A stretch of DNA of 63,848 nucleotides, counting the filler, from Octopus bimaculoides (Eukaryota), in NCBI RefSeq assembly GCF_001194135.2. It is 5 parts of 5 records of this genome, joined end to end, with 100 filler letters (N's around TTAATTAATTAA, not from the genome) between each part and the next. Parts side by side here need not be neighbours in the genome. Positions count along the whole stretch, not along the records: positions 23,916 to 47,274 come from NC_068992.1; 4 more parts are not named here. One strand, given 5' to 3'. This document shows, piece by piece, positions 25,584 through 38,290 of the stretch. Made by a program: the position numbers and the translations under genes. The notes beneath the pieces are model-generated. The model did no database searches, was not told where the DNA came from, and saw only the letters and a list, made by a program, of their open reading frames with translations. The stretch's first letter is position 1, and each line of letters opens with the position of its first letter.

Positions 25584-25627
25584 CCATCTCTCTCACTCTC
25601 TCAAACACATTCTATATCAAGAATATA

Positions 25628-25723
25628 ATGAATAGAGACTTCGAAGTATCGGGCAGGTAAAACATGGTCCAACTGTAGTCCAACGGTGGCTTAACTAGCC
25701 GAAACTTCGATGTCACTATTCAT
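25628..25723. repeat. Inverted repeat, 26-bp arms (22/26 match), 44-bp spacer
   Basis: ATGAATAGAGACTTCGAAGTATCGGG versus the reverse complement of 25698-25723. Confidence 0.8.
25675..25719 (+). ncRNA. Degenerate minimal type I hammerhead ribozyme relic, probably inactive
   Basis: Stem I GTAGT/ACTAT, core CCAACGG(T) in place of CUGANGA, stem II GGCT-taact-AGCC, GAAA, stem III AC-ttcgat-GT, GUC triplet at 25712-25714. Confidence 0.4.
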
Positions 25724-26754
25724 CAATATCATTGTTTAAGAATAAACCCGTATTCTACAAATATAAAATGTATCCCCTAAGATTAATTGAAATTTGTTTT
25801 TATATATATATATATATNNNNNNNNNNNNNNNNNNNNNNNNNNNNNNNNNNNNNNNNNNNNNNNNNNNNNNNNNNNNNNNNNNNNNNNNNNNNNNNNNNN
25901 NNNNNNNNNNNNNNNNNNNNNNNNNNNNNNNNNNNNNNNTATACATATATATATATACATACATTCCCAGCCTGTGCGTACGTGCGAATGTGTGCGTGTG
26001 TGCCCGTGTGTTTGTGTGTACAAACAACATAAAACGCCATTGAACTTATTACAGAAGTATAAACACTTATAAATGCCTAGTGATTTAAGGAAAATGTATG
26101 AAAACAGAAAATCCTCCGTCCTTTCACGAACGAAAGTTGATCTCAATTTTTCCTTTTTATTGCACATTGAATTGAGCATAATGATAATTCTAGCGACGGT
26201 GGGAAATTTAGCACTTGAGTGCATGCAAAACTTGCTCTGTCGTCTTTGAATGAAATGATGATTACATAGGTTTTCTGAACACATGAAATACATACACACA
26301 AAAAACAAATACAAGATAGCCATGTATTTTCATGTTTTGAGATCAGTCAGTCTAACCGTTAAATAATCTATTTAGGTTATATTTATATATAGCATAAAGG
26401 CACATGCTTTCAGATTTATAAGACACGTAATATCTAGCTGAGAAATTTTAATCTACTTTAAACTATTTCTCTAGACTAATTTATGGTACTGATGAGATCA
26501 ACATTGCTAACAGAAATATGATTTCGGAATTTCGTGAGCTATGGTATAAAGATTTAAAAATGTTTTATGGTATCTAGATGTAAAGAAAATGTGTAGCAAT
26601 TATTCTAACAATACGGTTAGAATGAGGATCATGCTGAAGGCTTTTTTTGCACGCAAATGTCATACACACACAGACACACACACTCACACACACACACATA
26701 CACGCGCGCGCACACGCACACACACACACACACGCACACACACACACACATATA

Positions 26755-26945
26755 TCTTCTTTCAGATATTGCAGTCATTTAACTGCCGCCATGCTGCACC
26801 ACGGCCTTAAAGGGTTTTACTTGAAGAAATCATTCCCTGGACTTATTCTTTGTAAGACTAGTACTCATTCTACTGGTTCACTTTTGCCGAACCACTACAT
26901 TACAAGGGATGAAAATCGGTCGCCAAGCGGTGATGGAGAACAAAC
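26755..26945 (-). mobile_element. Family C SINE-like repeat
   Basis: CAGTCATTTAACTGCCGCCATGCTG...CTTATTCTTTGTAAG..AGTACT. Confidence 0.7.
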
Positions 26946-26980
26946 ACACACACACATGTACACACACACACACACACACA

Positions 26981-27032
<52 letters not shown>

Positions 27033-27039
27033 CACGCAT

Positions 27040-27200
27040 ACGAGGCGCTTTTTTCAGTTTCCGTCTATCATACCAACTCACAAGACTCTGTTCGGCCCGA
27101 GGCTATAGTAGAAGAGACTTTCCCAAGGTGCTACATAGTGGGACGGAAACTACAAGGGTGTGGTTGGGACACCGTTTCTTACCGTACAACCATGCCTGCT
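27040..27200 (-). mobile_element. Family A SINE
   Basis: TTTCAGTTTCCGTCTA..CGGCCCGAGGCTATAGTAGAAGA..CCCAAGGTG. Confidence 0.8.
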
Positions 27201-28207
27201 CCTATACATATACACACATATACTTACTGCATACATTGACAAACACACCCACATACACACATACACACACATACAAAATATTATGCGTCTGTGTGCTTTG
27301 TATGTCTCCCACGCTTTGTCGTGTATAAGTATCCACATCTGTTTTTGGATAAATACTATTTTTCATTTACTATTGAAGTATAGGTTAATAATCGTACGCA
27401 ATTTGTACATTAAACAGATATTAAGATGATTTTGCTGTCTGATAAATAGAGCAAAATTGACTTTTAATGAAATGAACGTTACAAGAAATTATCGTGTAAT
27501 TATTGCCGAATAAAGCCAGTGTAAGAACATGAATATATAAAATATGTTTGCAATATGTAGCAATACGTCTATCCGTTTATGTCAAATATGTTCTTAATAT
27601 ATTTTGCAATGACGAAACATGAATACAGAAAAATCATTTGAACAGCCGAATCAATAATATTAAATGATATCCTAGTAACATATTTGCAAGTCTTAACCTA
27701 TTGTTTCATATTGACATGTTGTAAGTAATCGCACCAAAACATCACAGGTATGGAGCAATTTCTACAGGCTAAATTTGGTACGGGCAATATAATTCCGAAA
27801 AATAATCTGAATAAATATATCTTTAAGTGTTAGATAAAACATTTGCTTATTCTAGTCATCTACCGGAGGAGCTAAGAAGAAAGCGTACTGAATATTCAAT
27901 ACTCCATCGTATTTTTCATCAACAAAAGATCTTAATATTGGTTACAAATTCATGCACAAGCACAACAATTTCGGGACAGGTGGGAAAGTTGATTACATCA
28001 ATCCTAGTTGTAAATTGGTACTTACCTTAACGACCATGAAATGATGAAAGCCAATGTCGACCTCAGCGGAATTTGAACTTAGACCGAAAAGATGTAAATT
28101 CTCTTAATATTCTCAAAGTGTTTAAGCATTATAAGTGAGCATGAATAAATATTTCAAAGGGACGCATTTATCCATCTGAAACATTTTCTCTCATATACAT
28201 ACATATA

Positions 28208-28320
28208 CAGTTGTGGCCAAAAGTTTGGAACATTTAAAAGAAATTAACGTTATGCCCATGTATAATTTATACAACATAGAAATATACCTATCTACAAGTG
28301 ATCCAATAGTTCAATTCTAA
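28208..28320 (+). mobile_element. Tc1-like transposon terminal remnant (single TIR)
   Basis: TA followed by CAGTTGTGGCCAAAAGTTTGGAACA; no partner TIR seen. Confidence 0.6.
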
Positions 28321-28322
28321 TT

Positions 28323-28359
28323 TCAATAAGTATCTGGAAACAGTCCAGATACTTATTGA
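28323..28359. repeat. Perfect 16-bp hairpin with 5-nt loop
   Basis: TCAATAAGTATCTGGA aacag TCCAGATACTTATTGA. Confidence 0.9.
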
Positions 28360-28377
28360 TTAGACCCCGTATACATA

Positions 28378-28446
<69 letters not shown>

Positions 28447-28589
28447 ATGTGTAAGAGAGAGAGATTGTGCGTGTGTGTTTGTTTGAGAGAGTGTGTGTAT
28501 GTGAGAGTGTGTCTTTCGGGAAAGACCCCCAGAATTAGCTCTTAAAAGCTCCTGTGCTCATTGTCGGCTATCACGCGTTACATAATAAT

Positions 28590-28881
28590 AACGATAATAA
28601 CTCGTGGATGGTAATGTAATGGCTTTATTGATGCGCACAACTTATGTTTCTGCATCCCATATGTTTATTAGTTAAAAATGTTTCATATTAAGAAGATATT
28701 ATTTATGATTTTTCTTAATATGTTTGAATCAGGATTTGTCAATATTGAGAATAATAATAAATGATAACTTATGAATATGAAAACTTCCTAACTAATGAAC
28801 ATAGAACATGGCGGATGCAGAAGGATATGTTGTGAGGATTAATAACGACATTGAATATCCATCCGCGTGTCATTATCGTTT
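28590..28881. mobile_element. About 290-bp foldback (MITE-like) element
   Basis: Arms 28590-28721 and 28741-28881 are reverse-complementary throughout, with scattered mismatches and one roughly 8-bp indel. Confidence 0.75.
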
Positions 28882-28885
28882 ATAT

Positions 28886-28916
<31 letters not shown>

Positions 28917-29430
28917 GGATTCCTCAAAAATAAATTAAGGTTGTTTTAATCACGATTGTGAACCGCTGAAAAATGTAGTGCGTTATGTAACGTATGAATT
29001 ATGTAATATAATTAACAAACTCACTCGAGGCAAAATCCTTTCTTAAAATGAAAACCGCACTTATATTGGGATTTACAAAAAATATTCAAACTCAAATATA
29101 AAAATATTGAAATTATGCTACTTAACGGTAGCACTTTAAATATCAGCATGCAATTATGAGGGTTTTTTCATAATCACGTAAAGGACTAAAGTGCACTTAA
29201 ATAAACTTACTTTACATAGTTTTTAAAATACAATTTAAACAGTAACTACAATAATTATTTTAAAATTGAAAGTAATAGGGGTAATAGATATTTTTCAGTA
29301 AGAATAGAAGCCATTATGACTGTAGAAAATGTTTCAATGCATACCCTCTTTTATGGGAAGCAAATACGCAGTGTACATACACACACACATGCGCACTCAC
29401 AGATATACATACATGCATACATACATACAT

Positions 29431-29505
<75 letters not shown>

Positions 29506-29726
29506 NNNNNNNNNNNNNNNNNNNNNNNNNNNNNNNNNNNNNNNNNNNNNNNNNNNNNNNNNNNNNNNNNNNNNNNNNNNNNNNNNNNNNNNNNNNNNNN
29601 NNNNNNNNNNNNNNNNNNNNNNNNNNNNNNNNNNNNNNNNNNNNNNNNNNNNNNNNNNNNNNNNNNNNNNNNNNNNNNNNNNNNNNNNNNNNNNNNNNNN
29701 NNNNNNNNNNNNNNNNNNNNNNNNNN

Positions 29727-29763
<37 letters not shown>

Positions 29764-31151
29764 CGTATACACACTCACAGAATGTGACAAAAATCCAAGC
29801 CTTTGAAAGATTTCAAAACATATCTCATTCTGTTAATTTTTTATATATACGCATGCTGATATATGACCGATGTTGGACTCCTCATTCGCATAACCACCGA
29901 ACCTGGAGCTTAACTATAGTCTATCCATAGCACTTAATCATCATTACCTGACACCTTTGGGTCTTCTTGACACCAATACTTCTCATAACCGCAACATATA
30001 TATATGTATATATATATATATATATGCAGAAAAGCCAATAACTTCAGAACCAGACACTGCAGAATCAGATACCAAACATCCAGAAACCTATTAGTGGTAG
30101 GAATGCTCATAGATAGTAATTCTTATAAAAATGCGTGCGTGTGTAGGTATGTATACAGAGTATTTACACCTGAAATATATTAATACTTTATTACATATCC
30201 TGGTAAGATGGACAAAACCATTAATAATCAACCGGAAATATTACACAACGGGTTATAATCTTTAAACCATGAAGTCATAAATCAGATGTGTTAGCAGTGA
30301 ATTTCGCTGAAAACGATGATTCTTTTCATTAATTAGCTTTCTTAATTATACTGATTTATCTTGTATGAATTCAGTGAAATATTAATATTTGAATAACTGA
30401 TTTTCAATAGTCGTAAAATAAATGTCTAAACAACGTTGATGGATTCCAGCTGACTTTACTCTGTGGATACTGTAATTGGATTAGAAATATAATATCAAAG
30501 TAGCGATACATCTTTTAAAACTTTTTGTAGCTAATTCAAATGTTGTAATTAGCTTCTTTTTCTCGCTATCTTTTTCCTTTCTAATTCCTCATTGGTTTCT
30601 TCTTCTCCACTTTTTCTTTCTTTCTTTCTTTCTTTCTTTCTTTGTCTATTTTGTTGTCACTCTTTCACCTGTCTATGTCTCTCTCTACACACACACAAAA
30701 GCGTATACACTCACATGTATATGTATACATTTGTGCCTCTATATATATGAGTGTGTACGTGCGTGTGTATGTGTGTATATATATATATGTGTGTGCATGT
30801 GTGCGTGTATGTATGCGCGTGTGTATGTGCACGTGTGTGTGCATTATCGCATGCGTTGAAATATAAAGCAGCAACATTTTCAAGTGAAATTTTTCATTTA
30901 ATTTTTCTGTATTTTTTAAATCAAGATATAACTTCAACAGGATAGAGAAATAGAACATTAGAGACAAATGTCAAATACATTACGCAATGGAGAGAAATAA
31001 TAATTTATATGAATAAATGAGATTTACACATGAAGAGGCACTTAGATACAAGAGGAGGAAAATAGTTCATAGACTTATGTGAGAGATAGCGAGACTCATA
31101 GAGAGCTATAAATATCTAGAGAATTATATATATATATATATGTATGTATAC

Positions 31152-31188
<37 letters not shown>

Positions 31189-31409
31189 AAGCTATAAACA
31201 CGGAAAATCATAGCTATATAGAGAGCTATACGTGCATAGGGATCTATAATTGAAATGAGAGAGCTTGCATAGGAATTGAAGCCATAGTAACCATGAATCT
31301 TGTTGATCTGTAGCTTCTTGGAATCAAATTGATATGCACGCCATCTCATTCTTTCAGTAAGATATATTCGAGAACTATAGATATATAGAGAAGTATAGGT
31401 ACATAGGGA

Positions 31410-31677
31410 TGTCGTAACGTAATTTGTTACGTACAATGAATAAGACAACCAGACAACAGTAAAAACAATATAACGAACTAACAAATCTCTTTACGAACAA
31501 ACAATCAATATTCCTTGTAAATCAACGAACCGACACCTTCAGACTTCACTGCGAACTAACGCGAACTTCACTCGACTCCGATCTCTGAAACTTTAACTCG
31601 CTTGGATAGTTACCATCTATGCTTTACTCGGACCAGACTATCTCTCGCAAAGAGGTGTCGCAACCCTTATGATAACA
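31410..31677 (-). repeat. 3' LTR of the Gypsy element (268 bp, TGT...ACA)
   Basis: Bounded by TGT/ACA and preceded on the minus strand by the PPT. Confidence 0.8.
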
Positions 31678-32760
31678 TCTCCCATTTTGAGAGTTCGACT
31701 AATATGAAAAAGTGAAAATTTTTTCATTTATGTTTTCTTTCCAACAACTCTCCGTCTTTTTTTTAGCTGCTGTATCTTGATTCTTGCCCGTCTTTTAATG
31801 TAGTAGTATTCGTTGCACGCAATACGTTTTGTTTTAGTCCTACTAAGCACTCTTGTTAGCACTCTTGTTTTTCGTTTTTAAATTTAATATCTTTTTCGTT
31901 TAGGTATTACTTCCATATATTCAGTCTGTTTTCGTTTTCTGAAGCTAGTCCTACTGGCTTCAATATCTCTCGTTGCTGGTGCTTCAAACATATCATAGAA
32001 TACTTCCGTTGGTATTACCCTTCGGTCTTCTGTATATCTCATCTTTAACTGGTTATGGTGTCTCTTATATTCCGAACGTCGTCCTTAAATTAAATACATC
32101 ATGTTGCCTAATATTTTGATTATACAGCCATCCTCCCAACCTAATTTAGCATTTTTGTAATTTCTAAAATGAACTTTATCTCCGACTTAGAAATGATATT
32201 TCTGGTATTTCCTTGAAATTTATTTTTTGCTCTCCTTTAAATGAATTTTCCCTGGCAATAATTTATCGATGATCTATTATATTTTACGCGCGAACATTAA
32301 TTCTACTGGGGACTTTCCTGAATTAGCATTTGGATTTGGCGTTATTCGATATACTCTCACAATTTTCGTTAATGCCTCGTCGTTATCTAGCTCGTTCCAT
32401 GCTTTTCTTAGAGTTCTTTTCAACGTGCTGGCGAATTTTCCAGCCTGCTTTATGGCATGTATTTTGCAGAAATTTCATAATTCATATCTCGTCAATTGCC
32501 TTCCATTATCTGAAACTAACGTGTCTGGAATACCGCATCGAGCAAATAGCTTGAGTAAGAATTTTGTTGTCTTTGCTGTGTCTTTATTACATCTGCATTA
32601 CTCTGGCCATATTGTATAGCTGTCTACGACGATTAGATAGTATTCGCCGTTCACTGGTCCAGCGTGGTCTATATGTAGAAACTACCTACTTCTGAGTAAA
32701 TACTGAGATATATCGACAGGATGAGGGTTTAGCAATGGGTTCGCCACTATCACCATTAAT
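31410..32760 (-). mobile_element. Gypsy LTR retrotransposon 3' portion: decayed integrase, PPT and 3' LTR
   Basis: LHIDHAGPVNGEYYLIVVDSY..LFARCGIPDTLVSDNGRQ..YRITPNP..GKSPVELMFARKI; C-terminal GDKVHFRNY..W.DG.I..HHNQLK; PPT-like AAAATGGGGAGA immediately before TGTTAT. Confidence 0.9.
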
Positions 32761-32779
32761 AGCCGATAAACACAGGAAA

Positions 32780-32870
32780 TACTTTCAGAACATGGCTTTA
32801 GGATCAACACCGCTAAAGCCAACCCTATGAAGTCAATACGTTGATGATGCCTTTATACTATGACCCCACC
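32780..32870 (+). mobile_element. Penelope-like RT fragment
   Basis: MALGSTPLKPTL*SQYVDDAFIL*PH, resembling the PLE motif ...P.LW.RYVDDTF..WPH. Confidence 0.6.
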
Positions 32871-32872
32871 AG

Positions 32873-33493
32873 CAATTTTGGGTGAGGGAGCCGGTCCGGA
32901 GAAGATAAAACGTAAAGTTGACCTCAGCAGCTTTTGTACTTAGAAGTTAAAGGCAGATGAAATAACACTAAGTATTTTGACCGGCGTGCGAAAGTTTCTT
33001 CCAGGTCACCATCTTAAATAAGCAGAAATAATAAAGTACGAATTCAAATTTTGTGCAAGCACGTCCGTTATGAGAGATGGCTGGTGGCACTAATAGCAAT
33101 TTCAAAAACATCAGAACAATCTTTGTATTGAAATGAAATTCTGAGCACATTTATTTCTTTATTGCCCACACAGAGGGGACAAAGAAAAAATAAGAGATTA
33201 AGTCGATTACAGAGACCCAGTGCGAACTTATTTAATCGACCCCGAAAGGATGAAAAGCAAAGAGAACCTGAGTGGAATTTGAACTCAGAACTTTGCGTCA
33301 GACAAAACACCGCTAAACAGCTTGTCTGGCATGGTAACGTTCCTGCCAGTTCGCCACCTTAAATCAGCACAAATAATAAAGTACGAATTCAAATTTTTGC
33401 AAGCGCGTTCGTTAAGAGAGAAGGTATGTGGCAGTAATAGCAATTTCAAAAACATCAAAACAATCTTTGTATTGAAATGAGATTCTGAGCATA
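32873..33493. repeat. Tandem duplication of about 345 bp (family B SINE plus 135-bp unique flank)
   Basis: 33013-33150 aligns with 33358-33493, each preceded by a minus-strand family B SINE. Confidence 0.85.
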
Positions 33494-34778
33494 TTGCGAA
33501 TGTCAGATTCACCTAATCCGTCACGTGTTTGGGTTGTAAATAAACGTGTTAACAATATACATAAAACGTTATTTCCATAATATCTTTTCATAAAAAATAC
33601 ACGAAGATTATGACGCAGGTTTGACAGGTTGAAACGATTATTGATTAGGTAGATGTATGTAAATATGTTTCTATTAAGCTTAATAAACATGTTTTTTCAC
33701 TGAAAAATACAATTACAATCATATTTATCCATTATCAATCAATGAAACTTGACGCATTTATGTTTAAAGGATAGTTCTGCCTCTGAATGCATGTTAATTT
33801 TCTATCGCATGTTAATTTTCGTCTTCCTGCAAATACAAGGATACTGGCAATTTTGTTAACGTGTTAAGTGAAGATCTGCTCTAAGTAATTTTAGGAAGCA
33901 ATGAATCAAAATCTCCCCGAAATATTTCACAAATATCTTTGTTTAGATATTTCAACGAATACGTAAGCATCACATAAATTGATGAATTTATAAACATCAA
34001 AGATCCATTGGTAAAGATCCATGGCATACTATCCTATTCTATATTACCAATATTTTGTTCAGCGACTTTATTGATAGTGTGGTGTATGAATAAACACAAG
34101 CTGCATGATAGTTTGCGTAACTTCTACGACAATCACTCTCTCATTTTCGAGTGATTTGACAAGCGTACAAAAGGTTGATTCATAACCTACTGAAAACCAT
34201 TACTATAAAACATCAATATTATAGTTCTGAAAAGGTCAAATATTCCTTCAGCACATACGTATGATATACATATTGGCCTACTGCGGATACACGATCGGTT
34301 TATTGCTTTTATTGACTAATATCGAATATAGCTGTGGTCGACTTTATATACTACCTTCGTTCAAGGGAACACAACAATATGTATTATTGCAATAGGTGTT
34401 ATTTTTCTGATTTATTTAGTAATGAATCGAAGGTGATATCTCTGTCTATTGTGTGGACATTTGGTCACGACATAATATATTTATGCTGTACTTGCAACCA
34501 CTAATAATATAAATTGAACAGTGCAGAAATGTTATGTAGGTCTAATTAGGTAGAATTGCCAATGCTGAAAATCAATTATTATGTATATTTTCTTTTTTGA
34601 CGTTTATTGTTACATATAACAGAAGAATATTTTATTCATACTAGAAATTTTGATTTCTAATTTAGTCACAGTGAACGTAGAGAAGATTCCCCCTTGTTTA
34701 GTATATCTATTGCAAGGCAACTTTAATTTGTATATAATATTCTATGCTGAAAAATTTGTGAAAACACGCACAAACACA

Positions 34779-34848
<70 letters not shown>

Positions 34849-35497
34849 NNNNNNNNNNNNNNNNNNNNNNNNNNNNNNNNNNNNNNNNNNNNNNNNNNNN
34901 NNNNNNNNNNNNNNNNNNNNNNNNNNNNNNNNNNNNNNNNNNNNNNNNNNNNNNNNNNNNNNNNNNNNNNNNNNNNNNNNNNNNNNNNNNNNNNNNNNNN
35001 NNNNNNNNNNNNNNNNNNNNNNNNNNNNNNNNNNNNNNNNNNNNNNNNNNNNNNNNNNNNNNNNNNNNNNNNNNNNNNNNNNNNNNNNNNNNNNNNNNNN
35101 NNNNNNNNNNNNNNNNNNNNNNNNNNNNNNNNNNNNNNNNNNNNNNNNNNNNNNNNNNNNNNNNNNNNNNNNNNNNNNNNNNNNNNNNNNNNNNNNNNNN
35201 NNNNNNNNNNNNNNNNNNNNNNNNNNNNNNNNNNNNNNNNNNNNNNNNNNNNNNNNNNNNNNNNNNNNNNNNNNNNNNNNNNNNNNNNNNNNNNNNNNNN
35301 NNNNNNNNNNNNNNNNNNNNNNNNNNNNNNNNNNNNNNNNNNNNNNNNNNNNNNNNNNNNNNNNNNNNNNNNNNNNNNNNNNNNNNNNNNNNNNNNNNNN
35401 NNNNNNNNNNNNNNNNNNNNNNNNNNNNNNNNNNNNNNNNNNNNNNNNNNNNNNNNNNNNNNNNNNNNNNNNNNNNNNNNNNNNNNNNNNNNNNNNN

Positions 35498-35535
<38 letters not shown>

Positions 35536-37278
35536 TGCATATATATATATAGATGAGTGTCTCTAAAAGGTTATACTGAAGATTATGTTTCTGACTGTGA
35601 AAATGCATTCGTTAAATGAAACTGCGTCTGGAGTACATATTGTTGTTATTAATGAAATTCCGAAACTATTTCGCAACACAGCTATAAAAGTTTGCAAGAG
35701 ATAACTATCTATATTTGCGATAAACATGTTGCAGATGGTTGCATAATCATATTTATGCATTTCTGGGAATTCTTTACGAATTTTCAATATGAGTAAAGTT
35801 ATAACATTACATCTGTAATATATCATTGAATTTACTAAATTTCACACATATCACATCAAATTGTAAGCTGGAGAGTAAGTGTGAATATTTATTGGGTTGC
35901 AAAAGTTATCAGGAGCAATTGATGAGGAAAATAATATTTTTGTTGCTGTAATTCAAATGAAATATTGAACACAAGTCAAAGGTGAAGCGCATATACCAGA
36001 AAGCAACTGGATAACGAAAATAACGGAGATACAAGTGGACGTTATTCAATGATCTTAAAAAGTAAAAATAAAACGAGAAGAAATCGAGTTATACCATGTG
36101 ACTCTCGACTGAGGCCTTACCTTATCTCCATACTTCAAAAGAACATTGCTGATGATAATGCAGTATCTACACTATAACCACCAATATAACATGTTGTTAG
36201 AAGTTGTAATATATTGTGTTAGCATTGTATTTACGTTTCATCTCTTTTCTCTGTATTGTTTCAAAAATGGGATAATATTCTTTTTGGATGATTGATTGCA
36301 AAATTATTACTCAGAATGTTACCGTCTTACATAAACTATAAAAAAAAATATAAGCACTACATAATGCATATCAAGGTGAAGGTTGCATTGTGTCTTCAGA
36401 TTACGTGTAACCCGAAGAGTAATGTTCATTGATTAATTGTTCTTGTGTCTAAAAATCATAGGAATTTAATGCAAAACCTACACGGAAAAGAACTTGAATA
36501 TATGCCATCAAGAACTCAGATGCTAGATATAAACATATGCGATGCTAGATGCCATATTAACTCCATAATTTATGTCGATCGATAGTGTTGGGTTCAACCG
36601 TTCGCACAAAATAAATCGAAACCTTCTCATCAACATCACTAATTACGTATGGCAATGTTTTATTCCATTTAATAAAACCACGTTGTGATTTTTAAAACCT
36701 TGGGTCTATTACATAGAAATCTTTATGGAAGAATATGTTCCCTTTTATGTGGCTAGTATAATAAATATGAGTCAGTAATATACTGTGGTAAATTCCAGGG
36801 ATTTAACTCGCCACTTGGGTGAATGACTTAAACCATATTACTGTGCATGTTAATGTCACGCGTCTTGTTTTACATTTGAATTATTAAACTGAAAAGAGTT
36901 AAGATTTATGAGTGACATAGCACCAAGTTTGAAGCTATGTTGAATGCATTTATATTAGCGGCAATATAAAGGACCATAATGTTTAGTAAATTCAGACACA
37001 AAGAAGATGGGGCATATGATTTGGAGAATTAGGCCAAGGTTTATACTAAATTCGGTCCGGAACTCTGAAAACTTTGAGCAAATGGTCGCCTAAATAGCGT
37101 TCCGTTTCATGCAGATGCAGCGTGTTACAAAGTTTATGCGTAATGAAATAAATAAGGTAGGGAGCCATGTAACTAAATTTGGGTATAATTAGTTGTTAGA
37201 TTTCAGGGCTATGTAAATTTACGGTGTTTGAGATCGAAAGAAGTTAGCGGGTTTAAGGACAATTATATATATATATAT

Positions 37279-37681
37279 GCAGAAGGTTAAAAATAACACA
37301 CGAGTTGATATGTATAAGAAAAATAGGACAAAGTAGACAATGCCAAAATAATTTTATCATGAAGAACATTTTAGTACCGGTTTCAATCTTTGCGACGGTT
37401 TCAATTAAAGCATAAAAAGCAATTAAATTGTGGAAAAATTAAGTGAAACGTTCTTAAAAAAATATTTCCATACTCTTCAATTACGTGGGGCATTTTCCTT
37501 TTTCCCTTCGTAATAGAAATATGGAAATATAAAAAAAAACAACATTTCATTTGATTTTTCGACAATTTAATTCTTGTTCATGCTTTAACCTAATTTGAAA
37601 AAGACGCAAAGACTGGCGGCGGTACTAAAATGTTCTTCATGATAAAATTACTTTAGCATTTTCTACCTTGTCCTATTTTCT
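37279..37681. mobile_element. Long foldback element (arms about 170 bp), right end lost in a gap
   Basis: 37317-37486 is reverse-complementary to 37508-37681, including an exact TAATTTTATCATGAAGAACATTTTAGTACCG block. Confidence 0.85.
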
Positions 37682-37940
37682 NNNNNNNNNNNNNNNNNNN
37701 NNNNNNNNNNNNNNNNNNNNNNNNNNNNNNNNNNNNNNNNNNNNNNNNNNNNNNNNNNNNNNNNNNNNNNNNNNNNNNNNNNNNNNNNNNNNNNNNNNNN
37801 NNNNNNNNNNNNNNNNNNNNNNNNNNNNNNNNNNNNNNNNNNNNNNNNNNNNNNNNNNNNNNNNNNNNNNNNNNNNNNNNNNNNNNNNNNNNNNNNNNNN
37901 NNNNNNNNNNNNNNNNNNNNNNNNNNNNNNNNNNNNNNNN

Positions 37941-38290
37941 ACGAGGGTTCCAGTTGATCTGATCAACGAAACAGCCTGCTTGTGAAATTAACGTGCAAGT
38001 GGCTGAGCACTCCACAGACACGTGTACCCTTAACGTAGTTCTCGGGGATATTCAGCGTGATACAGTGGGACAAGGCTGACCCTTTGAATTACAGACACAA
38101 CAGAAACAGGAAGAGTGAGAGAAAGTTGTGGTGAAAGAGCAGGGTTCGCCACCATCCCCTGCCGGAGCCTCGTGGAGCTTTAGTTGTTTTCGCTCAATAA
38201 ACACTCACACACAACGCCCGGTCTGGGAATTGAAAGCGCGATCCTATGATCGCGAGTCCGCTGCCCTAACCACTGAGCCATTGCGCCTGC
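37941..38290 (-). mobile_element. Long tRNA-derived SINE
   Basis: Head GCAGGCGCAATGGCTCAGTGGTTAGG on the minus strand; body shared with 53385-53705. Confidence 0.85.

Noticed and set aside
25736-26323. Minus ORF with RIIIMLNSMCN resembling GPCR TM7
   Set aside because: No NPxxY, no other helices, and it runs into microsatellite and gap.
35563-35826. 87-aa minus ORF and a GPCR-TM1-like plus frame
   Set aside because: No recognisable domain, in-frame stops on the plus strand and no splice support.
36121-36170. Minus-strand mini-exon NVLLKYGDK with AAG|GTAAGG donor
   Set aside because: Acceptor weak and no partner exons.
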